NCBI RefSeq assembly: GCF_001194135.2
Contig: NC_068990.1
Location: forward strand, 470,992-534,991
From: Octopus bimaculoides
Lineage: Eukaryota
Reading direction: 5' to 3'
Length of the DNA stretch: 64,000 nucleotides
A program made the translations under genes and the position numbers. The first letter of the stretch is position 1, and each line of letters opens with the position of its first letter. The notes below the pieces were generated by a model that worked only from the letters and a program-made list of their open reading frames with translations, did no database searches and was not told where the DNA came from. This document shows, piece by piece, positions 12,118 through 23,492 of this stretch.

Positions 12118-13356
12118 CATTAGTTCTCGACTGGGGTCCATATGGCCCTTGGGGATCCACATAAGATTCTGTTGTTAAAATTTATGAGCAAACAAACTTG
12201 TTATACTTCTACAATACACAAAATATTTGGATAATTTTTTTAATGCAATTCATTATCATCGTTTAACGTCCGCTTTCCATGCTGGCATGGGTTGAACGAT
12301 TTGACTGAAGACTGGCGAACCAGAAGGCTACACCAGGCTCCAATCTGATCTGGCAGAGTTTCTACAGCTGGATGCCCTTCCTAATGCCAACCGCTCCGAG
12401 AGTGTAATGGGTGCTTTTACGTACCACAGGCATGAGGGCCAGTCAGGTGGTACTGGCAATGGCCACACTCAAATGGTGTTTTTTATGTGCCACCTGCACA
12501 GGAGCCAGTCCAGCGGCACTGGCAATGACCTCGCTCGAATGTTTTTTCATGTGCCAGTAAAGCAATGCTGGTAACAATCACGCTCAAACGGTGCTTTTTA
12601 CATGCCACCAGCACGGAAGCCAGACAGCTGCTCTGGCAATGATCACGCTCGGATGGTGCTCTTAGCGCTCCACTGACACAGGTCCCAGTCATTGAATTTG
12701 ATTCGATTTCGATTTCACTTGCCTCAACAGGTCTTCGCAAGCAGAGTTTTGTGTCCCATGAAGGAAAGGTACATATAAATAGGCTGTTTACCCGCACCCA
12801 CCAGCATAGGCCACGGATTATGGTCTCACTTGGCTTGCTGGGTCTTCTCATGCACAGCATATTTCCAAAGGTCTCGGTCACAAGTCATTGCCTCGGTGAG
12901 GCCTAATGTTCGAAGGTCATGCTTCACCACCTCATCCCAGGTCTTCTTGGGTCTACCTCTTCCACAGGTTCCCTCAATCGCTAGGGTGTATCACTTTTTC
13001 ACACAGCTATCCCCATCCATTCTTGCCACATGACCATACCAGCGCAATCATCTCTCTTACACACCACAACTGATGCTTCTTAGGTTCAACTTTTCTCTCA
13101 AGGTACTTACACTCTGTTGAGTATGCACACTGACATTACACATCCATCGGAGCATACTGGCTTCATTCCTTGCGAGCTTACGCATATCCTCAGCAGTCAC
13201 AGCCCATGTTTCACTGCCATGTAGCATGGCTGTTTGTAAATATCTAATTATAAAAATATAATGGGATGCTTTTAAACATCAAATGACTATGAAGGTCCAG
13301 TAGAGTAAAATAGGAACCAAAGAGGTCCACAGGCAAAAATTGGTTGAAAATCTCTG
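12118..13356 (+). mobile_element. hAT MITE (same family) split by the RTE insertion at 12251-13237
   Basis: The two halves are colinear with the intact copy at 16311-16572. TSD is TTTTAGAC (12110-12117) / CTTTAGAC (13357-13364). Confidence 0.8.
12251..13237 (-). mobile_element. 5'-truncated RTE-clade LINE (RT C-terminus plus long 3' tail ending in (GAT)n)
   Basis: The minus strand encodes LHGSETWAVTAEDMRKLARNEASMLRWMCNVSV...RLRWYGH...GTCGRGRPKKTWDEVVKHDL, followed by the common octopus RTE 3' UTR. Confidence 0.88.
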
Positions 13357-14085
13357 CTTTAGACTTTGCATTAATCATAACACCTGACTGCTTGTTCTGG
13401 TTTATCTGAACAAAATACAGATGATTGGTAAGTAAGGTTTCTCAGCAAATGCACACCACTAAACTTCTATAAATGGGCCCAAACTCCTAAGCAACACACC
13501 AAGAGGATGCTGTATCAGAGAGTCCATAATCTCCATACTTGTTCTCACATATACCCTTTCCCCCACACAAGGTTACAACTTACTTTCTGCTGGACAACAT
13601 GTAGAGATTGATCAAGCAATTAGTGAAAAACCTTCAAGCTTTGATTTCATCTTTAACCCTTCTAATTTTTCTTTAATTGCTATATTCAGATTATGCCTAA
13701 GAGAAATTGAACCTGTTTGTTCATTTGTTTAAACCTTTAGCAATGAGATTATTGTCCAATATGTTTATTTATTCACATTATTTCAAATTAATCATGCATA
13801 ATTAATCAAGCATTATCACTGAGATTTCAGTGATGTAACTTTATTTTTAAAATGGTGTTGAAGGTTTAGATGTGAGAAACCAGACAGACTGGTTTGAACA
13901 CAAAATAGATAAAATATTTGGGCCAGATATAGCCGGTTTAAATGCTAGAGTTAAAGTCTGTTTTTCCATACCTTGATCTGTTATATAATGACTTTTGTGT
14001 TTTGTTTTCCATTTCACTACCTTTTCTGTGGGCTTCCCATTCCCTAGTTGGAAAATTTCATATAAACTTTGTCTCAATGCAGTAT

Positions 14086-14310
14086 TTAACTCTTGTTACT
14101 ATATTTCTGCTGAAGTATGCTGCTGTTACTTCAAACAGTTTTGGAAATAATGAAGAACTTAGCAAAATAATTTTGTCATTATTAAGGTGGTATTTGGAAT
14201 GGAAATATACATGGAATTTTGATAGACAGATTCAATTTAGATCACTTTAAAATGGATTGGTATGATACAATCACAGGTGGTCTCAGGCAGGTTAGTATCA
14301 AAAGGATTAA
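14086..14310 (+). mobile_element. TTAA-flanked piggyBac-like MITE family B; interrupted copy at ~3007-3940, fragment at ~58950-59055
   Basis: Runs TTAACTCTTGTTACT ... AGTATCAAAAGGATTAA. The internal sequence matches 3497-3654 plus 3882-3940. Confidence 0.68.
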
Positions 14311-15092
14311 AGGGGAAAATGTGCATTTTTTTTTAATCTTCTAGTCAGAACAGAAGATAGTGCCCATGACCATTCACAGAACCTCCAAGACTGACGGCAA
14401 GGAAAGAAGGAAGAAAGTATTCCTCAAACTGGAGACCTGAATGCTTGCAACAAAGTGGATCCTACTAAAGGCACCCAAAGTGCCAAATTATGGTGTTAAA
14501 GTGGGTGACAGACTAAGTCTAACATCCAAGTAGGCCATAGCAGGATTTGTACTCGGAATGTAAAAACCCCTAATATAAGGTATCTGTCCAATGTCCTTAC
14601 AGCTCTGTCACTCCACTGAGTTGGATTGATACTTTACTAATCAGCTCTGTTACAAAAAGATGGAAGTTATCCTCATTTGGAGTTGAACACAGAACAAATG
14701 CTGCAAAGTATTCTGCCAATTCACCACCTTGAGAGAGAAAAATGAAACAAAAACTGGAAGACATACCCTCTCTGCTAAATCAATCTCTACAAGTTACCCA
14801 GTAGACAATTAGTGGCCAAAGATAGTGAAAGAGTAGAGTATGGTCATTATATACCATCCAATGCTGCAGTTCCCCAGATTGTTCCTTAAGGGTTTAGGCC
14901 CCTCTGCAAATCTCTGCTTAGGAACTTTACCTCTTCATTTCTCTGGAAAGCAGCCATGTTGCTACACAGCCTAGAAGTGTTTGATCGGGCATATCAACTC
15001 TGGTGCTTATTTCAGTCTGCTACGTATTTTAAAAAACAGAGCAGACAAAAAAACACATTTGCATTAAAAATAAAAATTAGGTTGAAACTTAC

Positions 15093-15192
15093 CAGAAGAG
15101 TAATATAACAATGACGAACTAGTGTTAATGAGATATTCCTAATGCAAATACATTGTGTTCTACAGATTCCATACCATCTTGATTCCTTCAGC
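15093..15192 (-). other. Candidate 100-nt spliced exon of an unidentified minus-strand transcript
   Basis: Strong acceptor TCTCTTCTTTTTCTATTTTCTACAG|G and donor CTG|GTAAGT bracket non-repetitive sequence. One frame is open (LKESRWYGICRTQCICIRNISLTLVRHCYITLL) with no homology I recognise. Confidence 0.45.
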
Positions 15193-15437
15193 CTGTAGAA
15201 AATAGAAAAAGAAGAGACATTTTAGATCACTGACAGTATGTTTATAATTCTTTCTAATTTTGGCACATAGCCAGCAATTTTTAAGGGTTGGGTAAGTTGA
15301 AGTGGTACTCTGGAAGGATGGAAGGTAAAGCTGACCTTAGTAGAATTTGAACTGAGAGCATAAAGAGTCAGAAGAAATGCCACTAAGTATTTTGTCCGAT
15401 GCGCCAACAATTCTGCCAGCTTGCCACCTTTGGTAGG

Positions 15438-15510
15438 TTAATAATTAGCAATAATAATTAGCAATAATAATTAGCAATAATAATTAGCAATAATAATTAG
15501 CAATAATAAT
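15438..15510. repeat. 13-bp tandem repeat (ATAATAATTAGCA) x~5
   Basis: Seen directly. Confidence 0.92.
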
Positions 15511-16310
15511 GTCGATGAGGATGACAGGTGTAGTGATTGTTAGGTAGTGGTGGTGGCAGTCACTATATTAATAGTGATACTGTTGATGTGGTAGTGTTGT
15601 TGATCATCATCATCATCCTTTCATGTCTGTTTTCCATGCTGGCATGGGTTGGACGGTTTGACCAGAGCTCTTAAGCAGAAGAGCTGCACCAGAATCCAGT
15701 TTGATTTGGCTTGGTTTCCATGACTGGATGCCATTCTATTCCTATTTCTACAGCTGGATACCATTACTTTTAACGTGGAAACAGCACAAGTATTTTTATG
15801 TGGCACTGGCAGGAGAGTGTTTTAAACAGCACCAGTACAAGATTCTTGCAGGCCAATCCTCATTCCTCTTGATGATGCTATTTCTTCCAAAGCCTGACCT
15901 GTCTGAGATGACCTATGATCATTCAGTCCTATTTTCAAAAGGTGTACCTAGGACTATACAGTCAAATGTTTTTTGGGGTTTTCTTTTTTAAGATGGCAGG
16001 ATGAAATTTGAGGGAGATTTTGGCTACTACTTCTAAACCACTTACCTCCCTTTGATATTGTGTGTACACAAGGGTAGAGATGCCTACACAGTTGTGCACA
16101 CTACACATATACATGATTGCCACACGCATTACTAACCAACCAAAATACATACGCACACACACATGGCCAACCACACACGCACACACACAACTGACCATGC
16201 AAACACACATAAAAGCACAGAGGAGGGAGGAATGATGTTAAGATAAGTGTTGGTCAACCCACTGAAATAAGAGTTCCTACAAAATGCTTCGTAATTTCCA
16301 GGCAATACTA

Positions 16311-16572
16311 GACGTCAGTTCTCGACTGAGGTCCATATGATCCTTGGGGGTACATTTAAGATTTTCTTGTTAAAATTTATTTAAAATAAATTGATTATAC
16401 TTCTACAACACACAAAATATCTCAGTAATCTTACAATCCCTAATAATATTTAATTCTAAAAATATCACAGAATCTTTTAAAGCATCAAATGGCTATGATG
16501 ACTCATCCAGAGTGAAATAGGAACCAGAGGGTTCCATAAGTGGGAGAAAAAAAAACAATAGTTGAGAATCAC
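16311..16572 (+). mobile_element. hAT MITE (same family), uninterrupted; a further partial copy lies at ~30835-30930
   Basis: Same internal sequence as the other copies; ends ..gttctc / gagaatcacta. No clear TSD. Confidence 0.7.
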
Positions 16573-19500
16573 TACAACATTCTGAACACACGACGACCAC
16601 CACCACCAACCTTTCTATTATTGCTAATAATAAAATCCAGAGAAGCAAAAGACACCAGCCTCTACTTTGAAACACTACCATTACTTCTCAACTAATTGTT
16701 ATGAGAGCATTGTGTGCGTGTGGGGGGGGGATAGATGTAGGACACTGGGCCTCACTGCGGAAATGACAAGGGGGCTGGGAGATGTGGTTTGCTGTACTTG
16801 ATAAGACATGTCAAGCTAAGTAAAATTGCTGCCTTCCACACATACAGGCTTGTCCTTTCAGGTGTTGGTACCACTTTAAACACACCCATGCCAGTGCTGC
16901 GTAAACACACCCATGACAGAGACACATAAAAAGTACCCAGCACACTGTCAACTGGTTGGCATTAAGAAGGGCATCTAGCTGTAGAAGCCATGCCACAAAC
17001 AGACAGTTGGAGTCCAGACAGCTCTCTGCTAGCCAGCTCCATATCAAACCGTCCAACCCATGCCAGCATGGAGACTGGACATTAAATGATGATGATGATG
17101 ACAGACAGATTGACTGGCAGACATAACATGACCTGGCTCTCTACTCGCCCAATCAGTTCAGATGATCTGCATTTTGGTACAAATAACCACTCCTTCCTCA
17201 AAGTTTATTTCCTCTGCCATTGTACACCACACTGCTCTCCCTCTCCCTCCCCCTCCCCCTCTCCCTCTCTCTCTCTCTCCCTCTCCCTCTCCCTCCCTCT
17301 CTCTCCACAACTCAAAAGGATAAAAGCACTTCCAGATATTTTCTGCTTCAGAAGGAAAACCTATGTCCAAAGTGATTTATTTCACTGTTTGAATTATTTC
17401 TATTGTTTCTGTTGCCAGACAAGGACATCACTAAGATTCCTTGTCTTCTACTATTTTACTAAGTAATTAATTATACTGAAAGGAACCTGTTAGAAAAACA
17501 ACTAATCTAACAAAGACAAGATGTTAATATTCCAAACACTGTTCAATCAGTCAATAGATTAGTCAATGATGTAACCAATTATATATGCTATTTCCATAAC
17601 CAACTTCGAAAATAATCCCAGATAACTGGAAGGCAGGACATACAATGGAAAGAGAGTGGCAGGGGATGATAATTCACCAGCTTTGTAATTTATTTTTTAC
17701 AAAGAGATAAGTGATCAAGATGAAAAATTAGGCACAGGTATGGTTGTGGGGTTGAGAAAATTGCTTTGCAGCCACGTAGTTTGGGGATCAGTCCCACTGA
17801 ATGGCACCTTGGACAAGTGTCCTCTACTATGGCCCTAGGCTGATCAATCCCTTGTAAGTGAATATGGTAAATGGAAAAAGTGTGTGTGCGTGTGTAAGTG
17901 CACGCGTGCACAAATGTGTGTGTGTGTGTGTGTGCAAGCATGTGTGCTTGTGTGCACATGACACTCCCTCCACCATTTGACAACTGGAGCTGGTTGGTTC
18001 ACATCTCCAGGATAAAGTGCTTTAGCAAAAGAGGAGGATTTTAAGTACAAGATTTATAGATATATAAAAAATACTTTTAAAGAAAAAAAACCCTGCCAGC
18101 ACCAAAAGATGAATGTTAAAACCAAACGACTGTTCCAATCCAATCAGCTGGAAATGAGTAGTGCCAGAAATAGCATAAGCATCTACGCTAAGATAGACCG
18201 GTGCCCTGCTCAAGAGTGAGTGGGTATTGACCTTGGTCACTCAGACACATTAGAAATCAAGATAAAGTCTGGACTAATGAACCTGTAAGCTTGTGACAAA
18301 TCCAAGACTAAGATACTTGCTTCACAGGTCTCAAAATACATTTAATTCTGGCAGAATTTGACCTCAGTAATGAGGAGATGGTTTGGTAAATAAAAATATC
18401 AGTTGTGGGTTGTAGACAGGCAGAACTGTTGGAGCAGTAGACAGCATGTATTGCAGTATTTGTTCCCACTCTTTTTTGTTTTGTGTTCAAATTCCAAGAA
18501 CATTTGTGGCAGACAGAAGATGAAGAAGATGAGTCAGGACACAATCTCAAGTAATAGGGAGGGTTATGCAAGTGGAAAAGAGGATTGGATAGGAGGAGAG
18601 GGCTACAAACATGAGACAAAACTTTGAAAGTTAGAGAGGAAACAATGACGCTTTCATCAAAAGGCTATAAAGTAAAAATATAAAAGATATAAACTAAAAG
18701 AACATCAGGATTATCTTGGTCTACCAATTCAAAAAAAAAACCTTAAACACATCAAATTGAACACCTAAAGCAACTTAACAAATGACCATTTAAAAAGATA
18801 TAAACTATTTCAAATATATAACCCTTCCTTTTCAAAACTAAAATATTGAAGATAAAACTGAAGTCAATGTAACATGAAAGAGTACATTAATACTATCCAT
18901 ACCACAGATGCACATTAGCGACTTTTATCTACAGTTATGATAAATGCATCATTCCCAGATAGTCGTAGAATTCCAGAGATGTTTATATGTGCCCTACTTG
19001 CTATATTGTGAAACCCCAGAGATGCTTATGTGTCTTTTAACTGGCCATATGGGATTTCACAGCAACGAATAAGAGATGCTTACAAGTGTTTGTGGAATGG
19101 ATAGTGTTAAATCAAATAGGATTTATACTGTAAAGATTGAAAAGATTCTCCTTACAAAACTTATAAAAAAAAGAAACTGTGTCTATAGAAACAGCTATTA
19201 AATCAAAATCACAAATTTTTTAACATCCATTTCTTGAAAAACAAAATTCATTTCACCAGATCCTCTTTCATAAAACCAATTAAATCTGGCTTGATTGTTT
19301 TCAAATTAGCATCCAAGAAATTAGAAGTTGTGATGCATTATATTACATTTTACAATTAGTTGGAGGGGACAGTTTTACCGAGTCTGACTTCAGTAACTCA
19401 CTAATTGCTTCTGGCTCTCCAACTCCACAAACCTAATTATAACACTGTCTGGTAGTTGTGAAATGCTTTATTAACAATATTGTCATAAATGCCATTTTCA

Positions 19501-19653
19501 ACTGCAGAGCATAGAAAATTTTGCATGTGAGTATGTGTATGTATGTGCATAAATTTTAGGTATATGAGTAATTACAACTCATGATAGGTTTTGCATAATT
19601 ATTTTGCATACATGACTAATTACAACCCACATTTATAGTGCTGAGCATGTGTG

Positions 19654-19768
19654 TGCATGTGCCTGTGTGTGTACACATGCATTGTATGTATGTGCATATA
19701 TGTGGGTGCATGTGCCTGTGTGTGTACACATGCATTGTATGTATGTGCATATATGTGGGTGCATGTGT
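19654..19768. repeat. 53-bp tandem duplication of TG/CA-rich sequence (2 copies plus partial); a ~27-bp duplication follows at ~19849-19903
   Basis: TGCATGTG.. recurs at 19654, 19707 and 19760. Confidence 0.85.
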
Positions 19769-20638
19769 ATGCGGGTGCATGTATGTCTGAGCAGTAAGAT
19801 AGATAAAGTTGAAACACAAAAACTTAATATTTTCTTTTATAAATTAAAATGGAAAAAACTGAAGAAAAAGGAAATGGAAAAAAACTGAAGAAAAAGGAAA
19901 TGTGAAAAATTAGATGAAGATTATACAAAAATATAAAAAACAAAAAAACTTAAGTGGAAAGGAAGACCAAAGTAAAGAATAAAACAAAATTCTTTTTAAC
20001 TTCAGAGGATTTGTCCGAATATTTTGGTGGTATATGAGAGAGGAGTTCTTGGGATTTGGGAAGTGTGGAGTCACCTCTTAGCCTCTATTGTTCCCAGGTC
20101 TATAGCTGTCCAGGTACCAGTTATAGGTTAATTAGCATGTAACCACCAGAGCCAGGGTATGTTGAAATCATGGGATGCACCTCAGTGAATGTGAACTATT
20201 TCAACAGATGAACTTATTGAGTCAATGTCAAATATCATAAGGATGCTGAACAGACAACAAAGTGTTAAAAGCGAGGATCAACCAGAGTTCAGTGAGTGAA
20301 CTTCTGCTATCGTCTGTGGCCATCGTGTGCACAGACGAGACATTTCAATTAGCAAAAGACCAATGTGATTAAAAGCCAAACCAGATGTTCCTGTCACATT
20401 GCTTGATTGGGATGTCTAGCATGGAAGAGTTGTATTGGTTCAGGCAAGTCGCCCAACGGGATGATGATGGAGAGAATGATTTCAGTGATGCAGTCATTGA
20501 TGGTGGATATAAGGTGAGATTTACATAATAATTCAACCCACATTCACTAGAATATCATCAGAATAAAGATAAAACTTTTAATAATTTACAAACATACGCC
20601 AGCTTCTGGCCCATAAGCCTTACTCGAGAACTAGTATA

Positions 20639-21830
20639 TCAGGTCATCCCATAAGTTATGTCCAAATTTTGAATAAAGAAAACAAGTGATCAAATGTTAT
20701 ATTTAATTGAAATTTAATCATCAATGAACTTTCCCTGATTATCTATCCTTCCATCTATTTACAAGCTTTTTAATCCCATCAATGTAAAACTCTTTTGGTT
20801 TCAAAGCGAAGAACTCTGAAATGTCAGTTTCAANNNNNNNNNNNNNNNNNNNNNNNNNNNNNNNNNNNNNNNNNNNNNNNNNNNNNNNNNNNNNNNNNNN
20901 NNNNNNNNNNNNNNNNNNNNNNNNNNNNNNNNNNNNNNNNNNNNNNNNNNNNNNNNNNNNNNNNNNNNNNNNNNNNNNNNNNNNNNNNNNNNNNNNNNNN
21001 NNNNNNNNNNNNNNNNNNNNNNNNNNNNNNNNNNNNNNNNNNNNNNNNNNNNNNNNNNNNNNNNNNNNNNNNNNNNNNNNNNNNNNNNNNNNNNNNNNNN
21101 NNNNNNNNNNNNNNNNNNNNNNNNNNNNNNNNNNNNNNNNNNNNNNNNNNNNNNNNNNNNNNNNNNNNNNNNNNNNNNNNNNNNNNNNNNNNNNNNNNNN
21201 NNNNNNNNNNNNNNNNNNNNNNNNNNNNNNNNNNNNNNNNNNNNNNNNNNNNNNNNNNNNNNNNNNNNNNNNNNNNNNNNNNNNNNNNNNNNNNNNNNNN
21301 NNNNNNNNNNNNNNNNNNNNNNNNNNNNNNNNNNNNNNNNNNNNNNNNNNNNNNNNNNNNNNNNNNNNNNNNNNNNNNNNNNNNNNNNNNNNNNNNNNNN
21401 NNNNNNNNNNNNNNNNNNNNNNNNNNNNNNNNNNNNNNTAATGTCTCAAGGATCTTATCATCAAACTCAACTAGACGTCCTGTTCGATCTTCATCTTCAA
21501 GGCTGAAATCTCCACTTCTGAATTTTGCAAACCATCTTCTGCAAGTTCTTCCATTCAAGCATTCTTTCCCATAAACTGAGTGTATGTTTTGAGTTGCTTT
21601 GGCTGCAGAATTTCCTGTGCCTCAAATGCTCTTTGGATACTTCCATGTTAGAAAGGGTTTTAATCAAAGAAATTTTAATTCTATTATTCTGTAAAATAAT
21701 ATTTAATTAGTTTATATGTACACAAATGCATAAAAATAATTTTTAATTCCATTAGACGTTCAAAAATACTATTAAATTTCATTCAATCTTAAAAAAGGCA
21801 AAATCGGACAGAACTTATGGGATGACCTGA
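20639..21830 (-). mobile_element. Mariner (Mos1-like) DNA transposon with both TIRs; centre falls in an assembly gap
   Basis: TIRs are TCAGGTCATCCCATAAGTTATGTCC (from 20639, preceded by TA) and its near-complement ending at 21830 (followed by CA). The minus strand gives MEVSKEHLRH../GRTCRRWFAKFRSGDFSLEDEDRTGRLVEFDDKILETL and the C-terminus FFALKPKEFYIDGIKKLVNRW. N-run 20834-21438 hides the catalytic core. Confidence 0.93.
20834..21438. other. Assembly gap. Others at 8956-9073, 31526-32026, 40109-40128, 44315-45037, 45635-45734, 47855-47916, 60016-60224, 62507-63289
   Basis: Runs of N. Confidence 1.
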
Positions 21831-21859
21831 CATAATGCCCTTTACTCCTAAAGTTGGAT

Positions 21860-22130
21860 GGGCTTCTGCCATCTTTACTCATGCATTTCTTACCCACTTC
21901 TCTCTCCTTTCATCACTCTAGTTGTGTCCAACCCTGTACTTAATAGCCTGGCACAAATATCTTAAATGCAGTCCTTCTTCCTCAGAATGTTCTATGTCTG
22001 CTCATCATGTCTTTCTTACAAGTGTTGACCTCCAAAATTTTAAGAGGAACATGAATGGCATTTATATCATTAGTCTTTGATAGCTATCCAAAGGTCACAG
22101 GCACTTCCTCTTTCTCCAGACCCAGTAAGT
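21860..22130 (-). mobile_element. Possible CR1 3'-end remnant
   Basis: Minus-strand HDEQT*NILRKKDCI*DIC...LSTGLDTTRVMK loosely matches the TRGHxxKLRKxxCxxDI..W CR1 C-terminus. Heavily decayed. Confidence 0.3.
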
Positions 22131-23451
22131 AGAAAAAAAACTTAGTCTAGAAGACTAAGTTTGATAGGTTAAGTGAGAAAAAAGGATTAAGAAAAGTGGT
22201 TAATTAATGCAGAACTTTGAGAGATGACTGCTGCTGCTGCTGCTGCTGCTTAACTGTAAGTGAGCAAAGCTAGGATAAGGCATTCCAACCTCGACCACCT
22301 CGTTTTTTGTATGTGCAAGGAACCCAGAACATGATCCAACATGTTTTCTAGTAATACAGTGCAGTGAAATTTAAGGGCCAATATTATATAGTGATGCATT
22401 GTGTGGTAACTGTGAGAGTGTATGCACATGCACACAGTAGTTCTTACATTGTGATAAAATGGTGTGTATGCACGTGGGTGGGGGGAGAGAGAAAAAGAGA
22501 GATGTAGTGTTTATATTGTGGTATTGTGCTGTGTGGTGACTGTGTGTGTGTTGTAGTGTTTATATTGTGATAGTGCAGTATTCAGTGACAGTGGGGGCCA
22601 CTGGGATTACATTGTGGTTAATTATTTTAAATCAAACACTGACAATAACAGTATTAAAGTGAAATCACAGGGTCAATATTTACATAAATTATTATAATGA
22701 TATAAGGCTAAAGAGTCAGCTTTTGTCTTCGAAACACAAAAGCCCATTGTATTGCTTAAACATAACAGATTTGAACATCCCCCCCCCCCCACGAATTAAA
22801 ATATATCATTGTGAAGGGTCATTTTTCTCTAAAGAAAAACTGAGCTAATTACTAATATGTTGTCAATAAGTTTTTGTTTCAGTGAGGTTTGGTTCCTAAG
22901 TGTCCATGAACCTATCACAATGACAATAACACTTGACATTTGTTTCACTGGTCAAGTGTTTGGTTATCAAGAAGGAATTATGAAGCAACTGTCAACTCAA
23001 GAATCTAAAAAAGATTAGCCAGTTCATCAGCTAAGAAGACTGAAAGTTGACCTTTTTTTTGACACATGTATCCTTAACTTATTATTGTACTTGCATGAGG
23101 TCATAAACAGAGAGCAAGACTGTTTTCTGTTTAGTATATCAAAGTATTCACACACACACACACACACACTCTCTTTCACTCTCTCTCTCTCCCCCTTCCC
23201 ATAACCTACTGTCTATTTCCTCTCTTCTGCTCACCTTCTTGTCTCTTCCATAAGAGTTCACTTTGGCACTCCTTCACTACTTTCATCTTCCTCTCATCTA
23301 TTCCTACCAGGGGCTTCCATGTATTTCCTCTAAAGCAAGATACCCATACATGTCCCTCTCTCATACTTTCAGTCTTTCACCTCCTGGCATAAAGCTACCT
23401 CAAATAACACCCCACCACCACCTGCCCACTTAGTAGCAGAAGCTTTTTCCT

Positions 23452-23492
<41 letters not shown>

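Noticed and set aside
17300-17500. Coding exon after the strong minus-strand acceptor TTGTTTTTCTAACAG| at 17487
   Set aside because: All three frames hit stops within ~36 nt and I found no donor. At most it is a non-coding or cryptic site.
18300-18660. piggyBac or LINE coding relic
   Set aside because: The similarity by eye was too weak to assign in any frame.
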